Virus record (IMG/VR): IMGVR_UViG_3300044859_002168 | Location: 25,854 to 89,853 of that record | Origin: a virus | Reading direction: 5' to 3' (one strand) | Length of the DNA stretch: 64,000 bases | Shown: positions 1-7,861 of the stretch, in pieces | Position numbering within the stretch: the stretch's first letter is position 1 | How the letters are laid out: every line of letters starts with the position of its first letter | Program-made: the position numbers and the translations under genes | Notes under the pieces: model-generated | Databases searched by the model: none | What the model was told of the DNA's origin: nothing | What the model saw: only the letters and a program-made list of their open reading frames with translations

Positions 1-96
1 AAGGGAATCTTTCATTTTGTTGATAAAACTGTTGTTTCCTTGGTAGTTACGAACTTTCTCGGTGATTTTGATGGTGTCAGTCATGGTTGTTGTCAT
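1..96 (-). CDS. hypothetical protein, 5' part only (runs off the window)
   Basis: ATG at 96, open to position 1 (MTTTMTDTIKITEKVRNYQGNNSFINKMKDSL); TATCTTTG promoter at 105-112. Confidence 0.7.
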   Translation of the reverse strand, partial: MTTTMTDTIKITEKVRNYQGNNSFINKMKDSL

Positions 97-104
97 TTGT
101 TATA

Positions 105-112
105 CAAAGATA
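105..112 (-). promoter_or_regulatory. Bacteroidota sigmaA-type -7 element (TAnnTTTG)
   Basis: TATCTTTG 8 nt upstream of the ATG at 96. Confidence 0.7.
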
Positions 113-140
113 CAAATAAACTTCATTCCCACAAGCAAAA

Positions 141-176
141 AGAAAAAAAATCCCCTCTTTTTTTCAGAGGGGATTC
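141..176 (-). terminator. intrinsic terminator
   Basis: AATCCCCTCT/AGAGGGGATT stem followed by a T-run on the minus strand, just after the stop at 183. Confidence 0.8.
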
Positions 177-182
177 TCACTC

Positions 183-662
183 TTAGTTTTGAGTGAAGGC
201 TTTGTCAGCCCAAGTTTTAGCTCCCATGAAGTCCCAAATATTCATGTCACACATGTTGGGGAAACTACTTCTCATGTCACCAACGGTCAACACATCCAAG
301 AAACCTTTATCGATTCCGTGCCACTTGTTTCCTTTAGTTGTGAAAACATTGTGCCATAATTCCATTCCATTGTCGTAAGTCACCTTAACTTGAACGTTTA
401 CCAAAGAGTTTTTCTTGTACCCTGCGATAACAGACTGAGCGGTACCTTTGGTGTCGTGGATGACGAGGAAACCCGCTCTACACTTAACAACGATACGGAA
501 TTCATATTCAGCGTTCACGTCTTTGATATGGTTAGAGACAGTAACAGACAGACGTTTGCCGTTGGTGGTGGTGTCAAAGGAGCCGTAGAATACGTCTCCT
601 GCCATTGTTCCTTCAGTAACTTTGATGATTGATTGGGTCGGGGTAGAGATTGTGTTTGTCAT
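183..662 (-). CDS. hypothetical protein
   Basis: ORF; ATG at 662 (MTNTIS) preferred; promoter at 686-693 and terminator downstream. Confidence 0.75.
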   Translation of the reverse strand: MTNTISTPTQSIIKVTEGTMAGDVFYGSFDTTTNGKRLSVTVSNHIKDVNAEYEFRIVVKCRAGFLVIHDTKGTAQSVIAGYKKNSLVNVQVKVTYDNGMELWHNVFTTKGNKWHGIDKGFLDVLTVGDMRSSFPNMCDMNIWDFMGAKTWADKAFTQN

Positions 663-685
663 AGTAGTGGTTTTTTTTAACACTA

Positions 686-716
686 CAAAGATACGCGCAA
701 AATCCGAACTGCCAAA
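686..716 (-). promoter_or_regulatory. Bacteroidota-type promoter (TTTG ... TATCTTTG)
   Basis: Minus strand TTTGGCAGTTCGGATTTTGCGCGTATCTTTG matches the -33/-7 architecture. Confidence 0.7.
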
Positions 717-723
717 CTTTTTT

Positions 724-1452
724 TTATTTTAATCTTGACATCTTAAAAATGTAATCGTCATCAATAAAATGTACGGTCTTTGGATTTTCAGGTATCTCAT
801 CAGTAAAATAATATAACGCCAAAGAATATCTTGAGATGTTATCGGGTGTGTTCAAAGGAACAGGGTGCCCGTGAGGAGCATTTTCAATATCAAATATAAC
901 CGCTCTATTAAAAATTGGTGAAATCTTAACACACTCCCTTGAAAAGTCTTTTTCCCACAATTCTAAATCTCCCCCCCATTCTTTTTCCCAATTTTTATTT
1001 AAGTATATTAACAAATTGAGTTTTCTACGATGATTGGTTTCAGGATGTCTATTATAATCAGTATGAATTGATAACTTACCACCTCTATTGATTTTATGAA
1101 CACCACCACCCATTAAAATATCATCACAATATAAATTTGAGTGACCTGTCAATTCTTTAAGAAAATTTAAAAATTCAGGCGTGTTTAAATAATCAATAAC
1201 TAAAGAAGTGTGTGGTATTTGTTTTTTTAATTGTATTATATCAGTATCATGATTTGGTGTGTAGAATTTATTTACCTCATACTTTTCAACCCATTCTTGA
1301 TTATTGTGATACCAATAATCGTGTTGTTTTAATTCCGAAAGAACTCTCTTCAAAAGATAATCAGGTAAAAAATTATCAATTACCGTATAGGGGAATGGGT
1401 GCGCATTTTGATACACACAACTTAATTTTTTAGATAAACTATAATCAATCAT
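724..1452 (-). CDS. 2OG-Fe(II) oxygenase (prolyl-hydroxylase-like family)
   Basis: PFPYTVIDNFL start, HTD...H iron triad, WGGDLELW, C-terminal RYSLALYY. Confidence 0.85.
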   Translation of the reverse strand: MIDYSLSKKLSCVYQNAHPFPYTVIDNFLPDYLLKRVLSELKQHDYWYHNNQEWVEKYEVNKFYTPNHDTDIIQLKKQIPHTSLVIDYLNTPEFLNFLKELTGHSNLYCDDILMGGGVHKINRGGKLSIHTDYNRHPETNHRRKLNLLIYLNKNWEKEWGGDLELWEKDFSRECVKISPIFNRAVIFDIENAPHGHPVPLNTPDNISRYSLALYYFTDEIPENPKTVHFIDDDYIFKMSRLK

Positions 1453-1457
1453 ATTTT

Positions 1458-1763
1458 TTAAATTCTACAAGAACCGTCACAAGTTTGTCCAACACCATCA
1501 ACATAACCTCTTCTTATATCAACGTGTGTGTTTTTGGTATAACTTGTTTTTCCACCACAAATAACACAACTATCATACTCATCGTCAGAACGTTCTTCAA
1601 TACCAACGACATGTCCGTAATCGTCAACAACTAACTTGACATGTTCATCAGAATTTTTTACAAGGTTATTAATCTCATTCCAATACTTTTCTCTAACGTA
1701 TTTTCCGAGTTCCAAATCATTTGGTCTTTCCAAAATTTCACGGGTTGCGATTTTTATTTCCAT
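1458..1763 (-). CDS. hypothetical protein with C-terminal Cys cluster
   Basis: ORF with CVIC...CDGSC; ATG at 1763 preferred. Confidence 0.65.
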   Translation of the reverse strand: MEIKIATREILERPNDLELGKYVREKYWNEINNLVKNSDEHVKLVVDDYGHVVGIEERSDDEYDSCVICGGKTSYTKNTHVDIRRGYVDGVGQTCDGSCRI

Positions 1764-1823
1764 TTTTATTTTAATAATACATACCAAATGTTGAAAAAAA
1801 ATACTATCAATTCAATTTTACGG

Positions 1824-1831
1824 TATTTATA
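1824..1831 (+). promoter_or_regulatory. phage-type TATTTATA promoter motif
   Basis: Recurring motif, here 14 nt upstream of GTG at 1846. Confidence 0.6.
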
Positions 1832-1845
1832 TTAAAAGTCATACT

Positions 1846-2622
1846 GTGACCAACGAGAAAATTTATCAATTAGTTTTAAAATACTCTTACTTGTTTGACC
1901 AAACGCCAAACATACTTGACCTTATTACCGTACAAATTAATAAATTGTGGGATTGGGAGTATGGCGGAAGATTTAGGAGATTTACAAATGATGATGATTC
2001 CATATTTGCAATTATGTTATATCTACATAGAAAAGGATATTCCTATGACCAAATTATAAATAAAATTAAAAACAGTACCGCAATAGTTCTTGGTTACGAC
2101 AACGAAGAACGTGTTTTAGAAACGTGTGGTGATTGTGAGGGAAGTGGTCGTGAAGAATGTACAATTTGTGGTGGTAGTGGAACAGTTGAATGTAATGATT
2201 GTGATGGAACAGGAGAAGTGTCGGGTGAGCCTTGCGACTCGTGTCAAGGCGGAGGTGAATTTGATTGTGACGAATGTGATGGAGACGGTTATATTGAATG
2301 TCGTGAATGTGAGGGTGGTGGTGATGTCGAAAACCCCGACAAAACTAAATTTACAACAGTTACTTATCTAACCTTTAATCCTGTGGTTGCCAATTATTTT
2401 AGAGAAAATTTAAATGGTAGCGTTCCCGAAATTTCAAACTCAACTTTTGATAAATTACATAAATTGGATGAAAGTGATTTTGAAGTTGAATTACAAAGTA
2501 ATTATAAAAGGGTGTCCAATTATGTTATTGAGGTAACTTCAGACCCTGAGGAATTAATTGAATTTATTTCGGACGCAAAAAACCAAATTGAAAATAACTA
2601 CTTATGGACTTTAACGGTATAG
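1846..2622 (+). CDS. protein with DnaJ-type CxxCxGxG zinc-finger repeats
   Basis: Six CxxCxGxG repeats (CGDCEGSG to CRECEGGG); no J domain. Confidence 0.75.
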   Translation: MTNEKIYQLVLKYSYLFDQTPNILDLITVQINKLWDWEYGGRFRRFTNDDDSIFAIMLYLHRKGYSYDQIINKIKNSTAIVLGYDNEERVLETCGDCEGSGREECTICGGSGTVECNDCDGTGEVSGEPCDSCQGGGEFDCDECDGDGYIECRECEGGGDVENPDKTKFTTVTYLTFNPVVANYFRENLNGSVPEISNSTFDKLHKLDESDFEVELQSNYKRVSNYVIEVTSDPEELIEFISDAKNQIENNYLWTLTV

Positions 2623-3143
2623 TAAAATTTTTAAAATCCCGAGGTGGATACCCTAACCCAAATATGAATTTATATTTGGAGATGTTTGACATGACTCAAT
2701 CAGAGTTTCTCATGTCCATGCACAAATCTTTAGGTGAAGAAGGTACCAAAACATTATTAACTAAATCAATCAAAAAATTAACTAAAGATGGACCATTTAA
2801 AATTGAAATAGACAGTTTAGAGGTTGGGTCATACGTTGAGTTAGATTTTAAAAATTCATCTGTTTATGTTGAAGAAATTAATGATGAAAGATATGCCACA
2901 GTATTAATAGAAAATTGGGACATACCAAATTCAAGTATAATTTACTTACATATAAATGACGATGGTGAAGAAGAGATGAAATATTTTGACATTGATGGTT
3001 TATTAGATTTTTTATGGGATGAAAACCCGTACGACTACTCCGACGCATTAAATGAATGGGTATCATTTATTGCAAAACAAATTAGTTCATATATGGGAAC
3101 CCCAATAGGATTGGCTGATAGAGCAAATAGAGCAAAAGAATAA
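2604..3143 (+). CDS. hypothetical protein
   Basis: 179 aa ORF overlapping the upstream gene; terminator follows. Confidence 0.7.
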   Translation: MDFNGIVKFLKSRGGYPNPNMNLYLEMFDMTQSEFLMSMHKSLGEEGTKTLLTKSIKKLTKDGPFKIEIDSLEVGSYVELDFKNSSVYVEEINDERYATVLIENWDIPNSSIIYLHINDDGEEEMKYFDIDGLLDFLWDENPYDYSDALNEWVSFIAKQISSYMGTPIGLADRANRAKE

Positions 3144-3174
3144 AAAAGGTCAGCCGAAACTGACCTTTTCTTTT
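3142..3174. terminator. bidirectional intrinsic terminator
   Basis: AAAAGGTCAG/CTGACCTTTT stem flanked by A and T runs between convergent genes. Confidence 0.8.
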
Positions 3175-3228
3175 GGGACTGACCGAATGACAGTCAATCA
3201 CTCCACCACCTGACATTATGTCAGGAAA

Positions 3229-3522
3229 TTATTTGGTAACTAAAGCTTCCACCTTAGATTTCATATGTTCTGACAAACTAAGTTCACCAACTGTTGGTGT
3301 AACCAAGGAAGTCAAAACAATAGAATCAACCAAATACTTGTAAGGAATGTGAACCAAGAAGTCGGTACCATTGAAGAAATCTAAATCTCCTTTGAGTTCC
3401 AAACAACCGTGAACCATCTTCAAAAACAACTTAAACTGAACACCATCAACAAAGGTTTCATTCAAGAGGGTTCCGAACTTCTCGTTCTCAATCCGAATAT
3501 TGTATGTAAAATTTATTTTCAT
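3229..3522 (-). CDS. hypothetical protein
   Basis: 97 aa ORF; TATATTTG promoter at 3541-3548. Confidence 0.7.
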   Translation of the reverse strand: MKINFTYNIRIENEKFGTLLNETFVDGVQFKLFLKMVHGCLELKGDLDFFNGTDFLVHIPYKYLVDSIVLTSLVTPTVGELSLSEHMKSKVEALVTK

Positions 3523-3569
3523 ATCTGTTGTTTAACACTACAAATATAAAAAGAACTTTCCATATAAAC

Positions 3570-3602
3570 AAAAAAACCCGAAGATTTTTTTCTTCGGGTT
3601 TT
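3570..3602 (-). terminator. intrinsic terminator closing the large ncRNA
   Basis: AAAACCCGAAGA/TCTTCGGGTTTT stem with a T-run on the minus strand. Confidence 0.85.
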
Positions 3603-4525
3603 GGCACTTAGGTTGAGAATACACCTTTGATTGAGAATCTTTAGGAACATTATTGTTTCTTTCCGTTTCCACTATCTTTTGAATAGTAATTCTCAGTGAC
3701 GGTTCCTTAGGGGTACCACTCCTTGAGTTGTAGCTTACTCTCTTTTTACTTATTACTCTCCGAGGTTGCCACCCCAGTGAATCCTTGCGGGATTAGAGAA
3801 CGTTCTCAAGAATCGTGTGGGTCTTGGAAACCCACAACGGCAATGAACATCTCATTACTATGTAGTCACCTTTCACCTACAACTGACGGACACTTTTCCT
3901 TTGTCTTTTAGTATTTGCATACCTATAAAATGCAAAGTTTGTTGTTTGTGGATGGATGAAAGTAGTGGTCCGCCGACCAGCCAAGCCATCTTTTGAACGA
4001 CTCGATACTATACTACTCTCTGAGATATCCCTACCTCAACACTTCAAGACTACTTCGTGACTTATGTCTTGGTAGACAATGGTCAAGGATGATTTCGGCA
4101 CCACCCGTTTGTCATCATACCTTTCGGTTTTAAGTATCCTTTGATATTGAATCCCGCAGTTATAAGGTTGGATTACCCTATTTCCCACAACAATTCTACG
4201 AGTTATTCTTATTGTTCTTCCGAACTCAACCCAACGACCCACATCGCTGAGTCATATTTCCATTTCATCTACAGTGTCACCCTCGATTACTTAGGACTTA
4301 TGATATCCCGCTTGCCTACTCGAGTTAATAAAACCGAAGTTTTAAAAACCGCAATCTCTTTTAAACTTGAGAGACCACTTTATCCCACTTTCGTGGTTTA
4401 TTTATCGACCATAGGCGGCCGATTATCTTTTCTCAGTATTTTCTCAAAATCAACCCAAGGGTCTCATCATCAACATACTGATGGAATAATCAATAATTTA
4501 AAGAACGTTTCAGTTTCCTGATTTG
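3603..4525 (-). ncRNA. large (~920 nt) structured non-coding RNA, probably GOLLD-class
   Basis: No credible ORF; own promoter (4531-4560) and terminator; many hairpins with GAAA, UUCG and GCAA loops; directly downstream of a tRNA in a phage. Family assignment rests on size, context and recollection, not a covariance search. Confidence 0.7.
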
Positions 4526-4530
4526 TTATA

Positions 4531-4560
4531 CAAAGATACAACAGTTTTTCATTCTGTCAA
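4531..4560 (-). promoter_or_regulatory. host-type promoter of the ncRNA
   Basis: TTGACA-N16-TATCTTTG on the minus strand. Confidence 0.8.
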
Positions 4561-4580
4561 GCACCTTCGTGTTTTTTTTG

Positions 4581-4653
4581 TAGCGGGAGAGGGAATCGAA
4601 CCCCCGACCTCAAGGTTATGAGCCTTGCGAGCTACCGCTGCTACTATCCCGCG
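4581..4653 (-). tRNA. tRNA-Met(CAT), initiator (fMet) type; CCA not encoded
   Basis: CGCGGGATAGTAGCAGCGGTAGCTCGCAAGGCTCATAACCTTGAGGTCGGGGGTTCGATTCCCTCTCCCGCTA; C1:U72 mismatch, CAT anticodon, TTCGA T-loop. Confidence 0.95.
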
Positions 4654-4768
4654 ATTTATTTTTAAGAACGTTCCCCGAAAAAAAGTCCCACAACTTATTG
4701 TATTCTCTCGAACACTCGTTGTAGGACTGTGAATTGAGGATTTAACTCCTCTTCTTCCGAGTGTCTCA

Positions 4769-4800
4769 CAAAGATAAAACAATTTTTTCAAATTGTCAAA
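4769..4800 (-). promoter_or_regulatory. host-type promoter upstream of the tRNA
   Basis: TTTGACA...TATCTTTG on the minus strand; a TATTTATA motif also lies at 4851-4858. Confidence 0.75.
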
Positions 4801-4878
4801 AGGGCTAAGTGAAACTTTTTTGTGGGGTGTTTCTACCTTTCGGTGGAGATTATAAATATAGACATACTATTGAAAAGT

Positions 4879-5307
4879 TCAATCTTTTTCAAAAATATTT
4901 TGTAAAATTGTTTTCAAATATACTCCTGTATCCATATTATTGACTTTATCCAAACCAAAATACCCACATTCAGTGTGTTCATGTCCATCTTGAGCGGTTT
5001 CAAGGTTAGGGTACATATACTCATGGGTATTCAACAAATAAACATACATCATACCTTTTATACTACCGTCAGTCTTTTTCTTTTTTGGTAGTATACCCAC
5101 AAAATCTAAATCGTAGTTATCTATGTTAATATCGGTCTCTTCGTAAAACTCTCTGTACGCAGCTTCTTTAGTTGATTCATCTTTTTCAACGTGTCCTGAA
5201 GGAATAGACCACATATTAGGGTAAGATGACTTACCGTTTCTTTTACACAATAAGCATTCACCGTTAACTTTAACGACCACACCACTCAACCTTTTATACT
5301 TTTCCAT
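4879..5307 (-). CDS. Nudix hydrolase
   Basis: Nudix box GHVEKDESTKEAAYREFYEETDI. Confidence 0.9.
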   Translation of the reverse strand: MEKYKRLSGVVVKVNGECLLCKRNGKSSYPNMWSIPSGHVEKDESTKEAAYREFYEETDINIDNYDLDFVGILPKKKKTDGSIKGMMYVYLLNTHEYMYPNLETAQDGHEHTECGYFGLDKVNNMDTGVYLKTILQNIFEKD

Positions 5308-5318
5308 ATTTATAAATA
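5307..5318. promoter_or_regulatory. palindromic TATTTATAAATA, a back-to-back phage promoter motif
   Basis: Perfect 12 bp palindrome occupying most of the 14 bp gap between divergent genes. Confidence 0.6.
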
Positions 5319-5321
5319 ATC

Positions 5322-5672
5322 ATGAAAGTTAAAATAGGCGATAACACCTTTACTGTAAAGGTTATGGACGATTACCGTAAACGTGCTGAAGGTATGATGA
5401 ACAAAACTTTTAACGAATATTTTAACGGTATGTTGTTTCTGATGACCGACCACACCAATTGTTTTTGGATGAAAAATTGTATAATACCTTTAGATATTAT
5501 CTACATTGACAACCAAATCATATCAAAGGTTCACCACAATTGCCCACCATGTGTTGATGAAGACTGTGAGAACTACTGTGGTAGAGGTTATCTTATATTA
5601 GAAGTTGAAGGGGGTACTTGTAAGAATCTTGGTATCAAAAAAGGGGACTCTGTTAAGTTTCTTATTAATTAA
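5322..5672 (+). CDS. DUF192 family protein
   Basis: GMLF...FWMKNCIIPLDIIYID...LEVEGG...GIKKGD. Confidence 0.85.
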   Translation: MKVKIGDNTFTVKVMDDYRKRAEGMMNKTFNEYFNGMLFLMTDHTNCFWMKNCIIPLDIIYIDNQIISKVHHNCPPCVDEDCENYCGRGYLILEVEGGTCKNLGIKKGDSVKFLIN

Positions 5673-7081
5673 CCTTCCTTTTTACTTTCCTGAATTTTTT
5701 CCTTTAAGACTTTAAAGAACTCTTGTCCAATCATCTTGACAAATTTGATGTACGGTGCATCATCTCTTTCAGGGTCATATCTATATGGTCCTGATGGTGG
5801 TCTTTTGGCCCTACCCAAATAATTAAGTCCTGAAATGTTGGTAATACATTTGTGTCCACCTGAATTGGCTTGAATCAAATCCCAAGCATTTACACCAATC
5901 TTATCCAACAATTCCATTTCAGGTTCACTTAACTCTGAGAATGGTTTGTCAATGATTGTTTTTAAATTATCTAATATTTGTTCTCCATTATCCATCATCA
6001 TAATATTACCACCATAAATGGCGTCAAAATCTTTGAATGTGAATCCAACCGATTCCGCACCCATACCTGATTCTGCAATATACTTGATTGTTGATAATGG
6101 AATTGTTCTATCTTGAAGTTGTGCTTTCCACTTATTCAAAACCTCGTCTTTAACTTCTCCAAGATTTACACCTTTGAGCTCTCTATCTTTTTTAAATGGA
6201 TTACAAGACGCTTGTACCAAACCTAAAGGCCACATGATAATTAAAAAGTCCGCATCAGGATTGTTTCTAAAAGGCGTATATCTATCGTAAGAACCAGTAC
6301 CTTTCAAAGTTCCCATACCATACTGAAGAATGATTCCATCTTCAACTTTCACATTTCGGTGATTCGCCATTGAGTCCATATAATCTTTGGCATTTCTTTG
6401 GAGTCTTTCAGGAGTCTCACGAGTGTTTTCACTCATCCAAGTTTTAATATTATTAAGGATTGAATAAAGTGACGGCTCAGAGTCCATCACCAAACTCTCT
6501 AAGAAACCTTTTTTGTTTTTAAACGCCAAGAGTAATTTGTTAGTTACTAAACCTAATAACATTTTATTTTTTGCCAGACCTTTCTCTTTATCTAATCTAA
6601 AAAGAAAATTAACAACTTCTTTTGTTGTTAAATCATGTTTTGCAAAGTCAGCCGAGTCAACTGTAGAAATCAAAAGAATGTCTGAACTTGGGAACAATTC
6701 TTTTGGTGAGATAATCTGAGAAATTGTTTCAACATTTGAACGAGCTTGTCTGAATGATTTTGAAGCATCCTTTTCAGCACCAACTTGAGTATCGTGGTGG
6801 TCTGTGTGAATGACAAACATCGGTTTACCGTGAGCAAAGTCTACTAACACAGGCATCACATCACCACTAGCATCAGGTTTCTTTACCGCAAACTCTTTCT
6901 CACCATATTGGATAACCTCAGAATCCACAACATCAATACCATTGTCTTCAAGGTATTTCTTCATCGCAATTGCTGTGGTAACACCATCTAAATCTTGGTG
7001 AAAATATATTTTAGCCTTTGGGTATCTTTTCGCCAAAGCTTTAATATCACGTAAACCTGATTCTTTGATAATCTTTTTCAT
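5669..7081 (-). CDS. DHH-superfamily phosphoesterase-like protein
   Basis: HQDLDG, VDFA, TDHH and C-terminal SGGH motifs; ATG at 7081 coupled to the upstream TAA. Confidence 0.7.
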   Translation of the reverse strand: MKKIIKESGLRDIKALAKRYPKAKIYFHQDLDGVTTAIAMKKYLEDNGIDVVDSEVIQYGEKEFAVKKPDASGDVMPVLVDFAHGKPMFVIHTDHHDTQVGAEKDASKSFRQARSNVETISQIISPKELFPSSDILLISTVDSADFAKHDLTTKEVVNFLFRLDKEKGLAKNKMLLGLVTNKLLLAFKNKKGFLESLVMDSEPSLYSILNNIKTWMSENTRETPERLQRNAKDYMDSMANHRNVKVEDGIILQYGMGTLKGTGSYDRYTPFRNNPDADFLIIMWPLGLVQASCNPFKKDRELKGVNLGEVKDEVLNKWKAQLQDRTIPLSTIKYIAESGMGAESVGFTFKDFDAIYGGNIMMMDNGEQILDNLKTIIDKPFSELSEPEMELLDKIGVNAWDLIQANSGGHKCITNISGLNYLGRAKRPPSGPYRYDPERDDAPYIKFVKMIGQEFFKVLKEKIQESKKEG

Positions 7082-7488
7082 TAGTCCCAACCAAAGTAAT
7101 GTACAATTTTATCAAATAAATCGCCATAATCAGAAACACATTGTTTAAATATTAATTTATCCTTATCAGGCATCGCATCCATGGTATCTTCTCCCCAAAC
7201 ACCATCAACAGGATAAACATTAATCATTGATTGGTATTTGGCAACTGCCTGAGCACTTTTTGATTTTGGATAGTTACCGATTGAACCGTCAATTTTTAAT
7301 GGTTGACCGGCATCATCTTTAACACCTTTTTTATTTAAGAAACATTGGATTGCACTATTGTAGTTGTATCTGTCAATAGTAGTCATACCACTATTCAAAT
7401 CTTCTTTTAAATACTGTCTTGAAGTCGCACCAATGTGCATTCCAAGAATTCTATTTTTTTCTTCTTCAGTTATTACAAACTTTTTCAT
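7081..7488 (-). CDS. peptidoglycan-binding domain protein
   Basis: IQCFLNKKG...LKIDGSIG...AVAKYQ...VDGVWGEDT, PG_binding_1 pattern. Confidence 0.75.
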   Translation of the reverse strand: MKKFVITEEEKNRILGMHIGATSRQYLKEDLNSGMTTIDRYNYNSAIQCFLNKKGVKDDAGQPLKIDGSIGNYPKSKSAQAVAKYQSMINVYPVDGVWGEDTMDAMPDKDKLIFKQCVSDYGDLFDKIVHYFGWD

Positions 7489-7489
7489 A

Positions 7490-7861
7490 TTAATATTTGA
7501 GAGTTAATAAATATTTTAATTTGTTAATTGATAACAACATTTCATCTCTAATATTCAATAAATCAGTATCCACTTTTGAATCTAAACCTTCAGTCATAGA
7601 TAATAAAAATTCACAGATACCATCAATGAAATTTTGCATTGATAGTTTATCAATGTCTTGAAACATGATAGAAAATTCTTCAGGGAATTTTGGTCTTCCG
7701 TACTTTCCCATCATACCTTCAACGAAGTCGTCAATTAAATCACCTAATCTATCATATACCTTACCATATGCTTTATGTTTAGCGTCAAACGTAGTTTGCC
7801 AATGTAAAAATCTAAATTGATTTTGAACTTGGACTAATTTTAAAATATATTCTTCTTTCAT
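7490..7861 (-). CDS. ferritin/Dps-like protein (DUF5856-like)
   Basis: HWQT...HKA...Y..L...ID.FVE...G.YGR and C-terminal NIRDEML..INKLKYLLTL. Confidence 0.8.
   Translation of the reverse strand: MKEEYILKLVQVQNQFRFLHWQTTFDAKHKAYGKVYDRLGDLIDDFVEGMMGKYGRPKFPEEFSIMFQDIDKLSMQNFIDGICEFLLSMTEGLDSKVDTDLLNIRDEMLLSINKLKYLLTLKY

Noticed and set aside
3603-4525. rRNA fragment, self-splicing intron, tmRNA or RNase P
   Set aside because: No recognisable rRNA, tmRNA or RNase P signature; no interrupted host gene; bounded by its own promoter and terminator
3723-4791. Short ORFs 3723-3911, 4036-4242, 4141-4521 and 4549-4791
   Set aside because: They overlap the structured RNA, the tRNA and its promoters, have atypical composition, and have no recognisable domains
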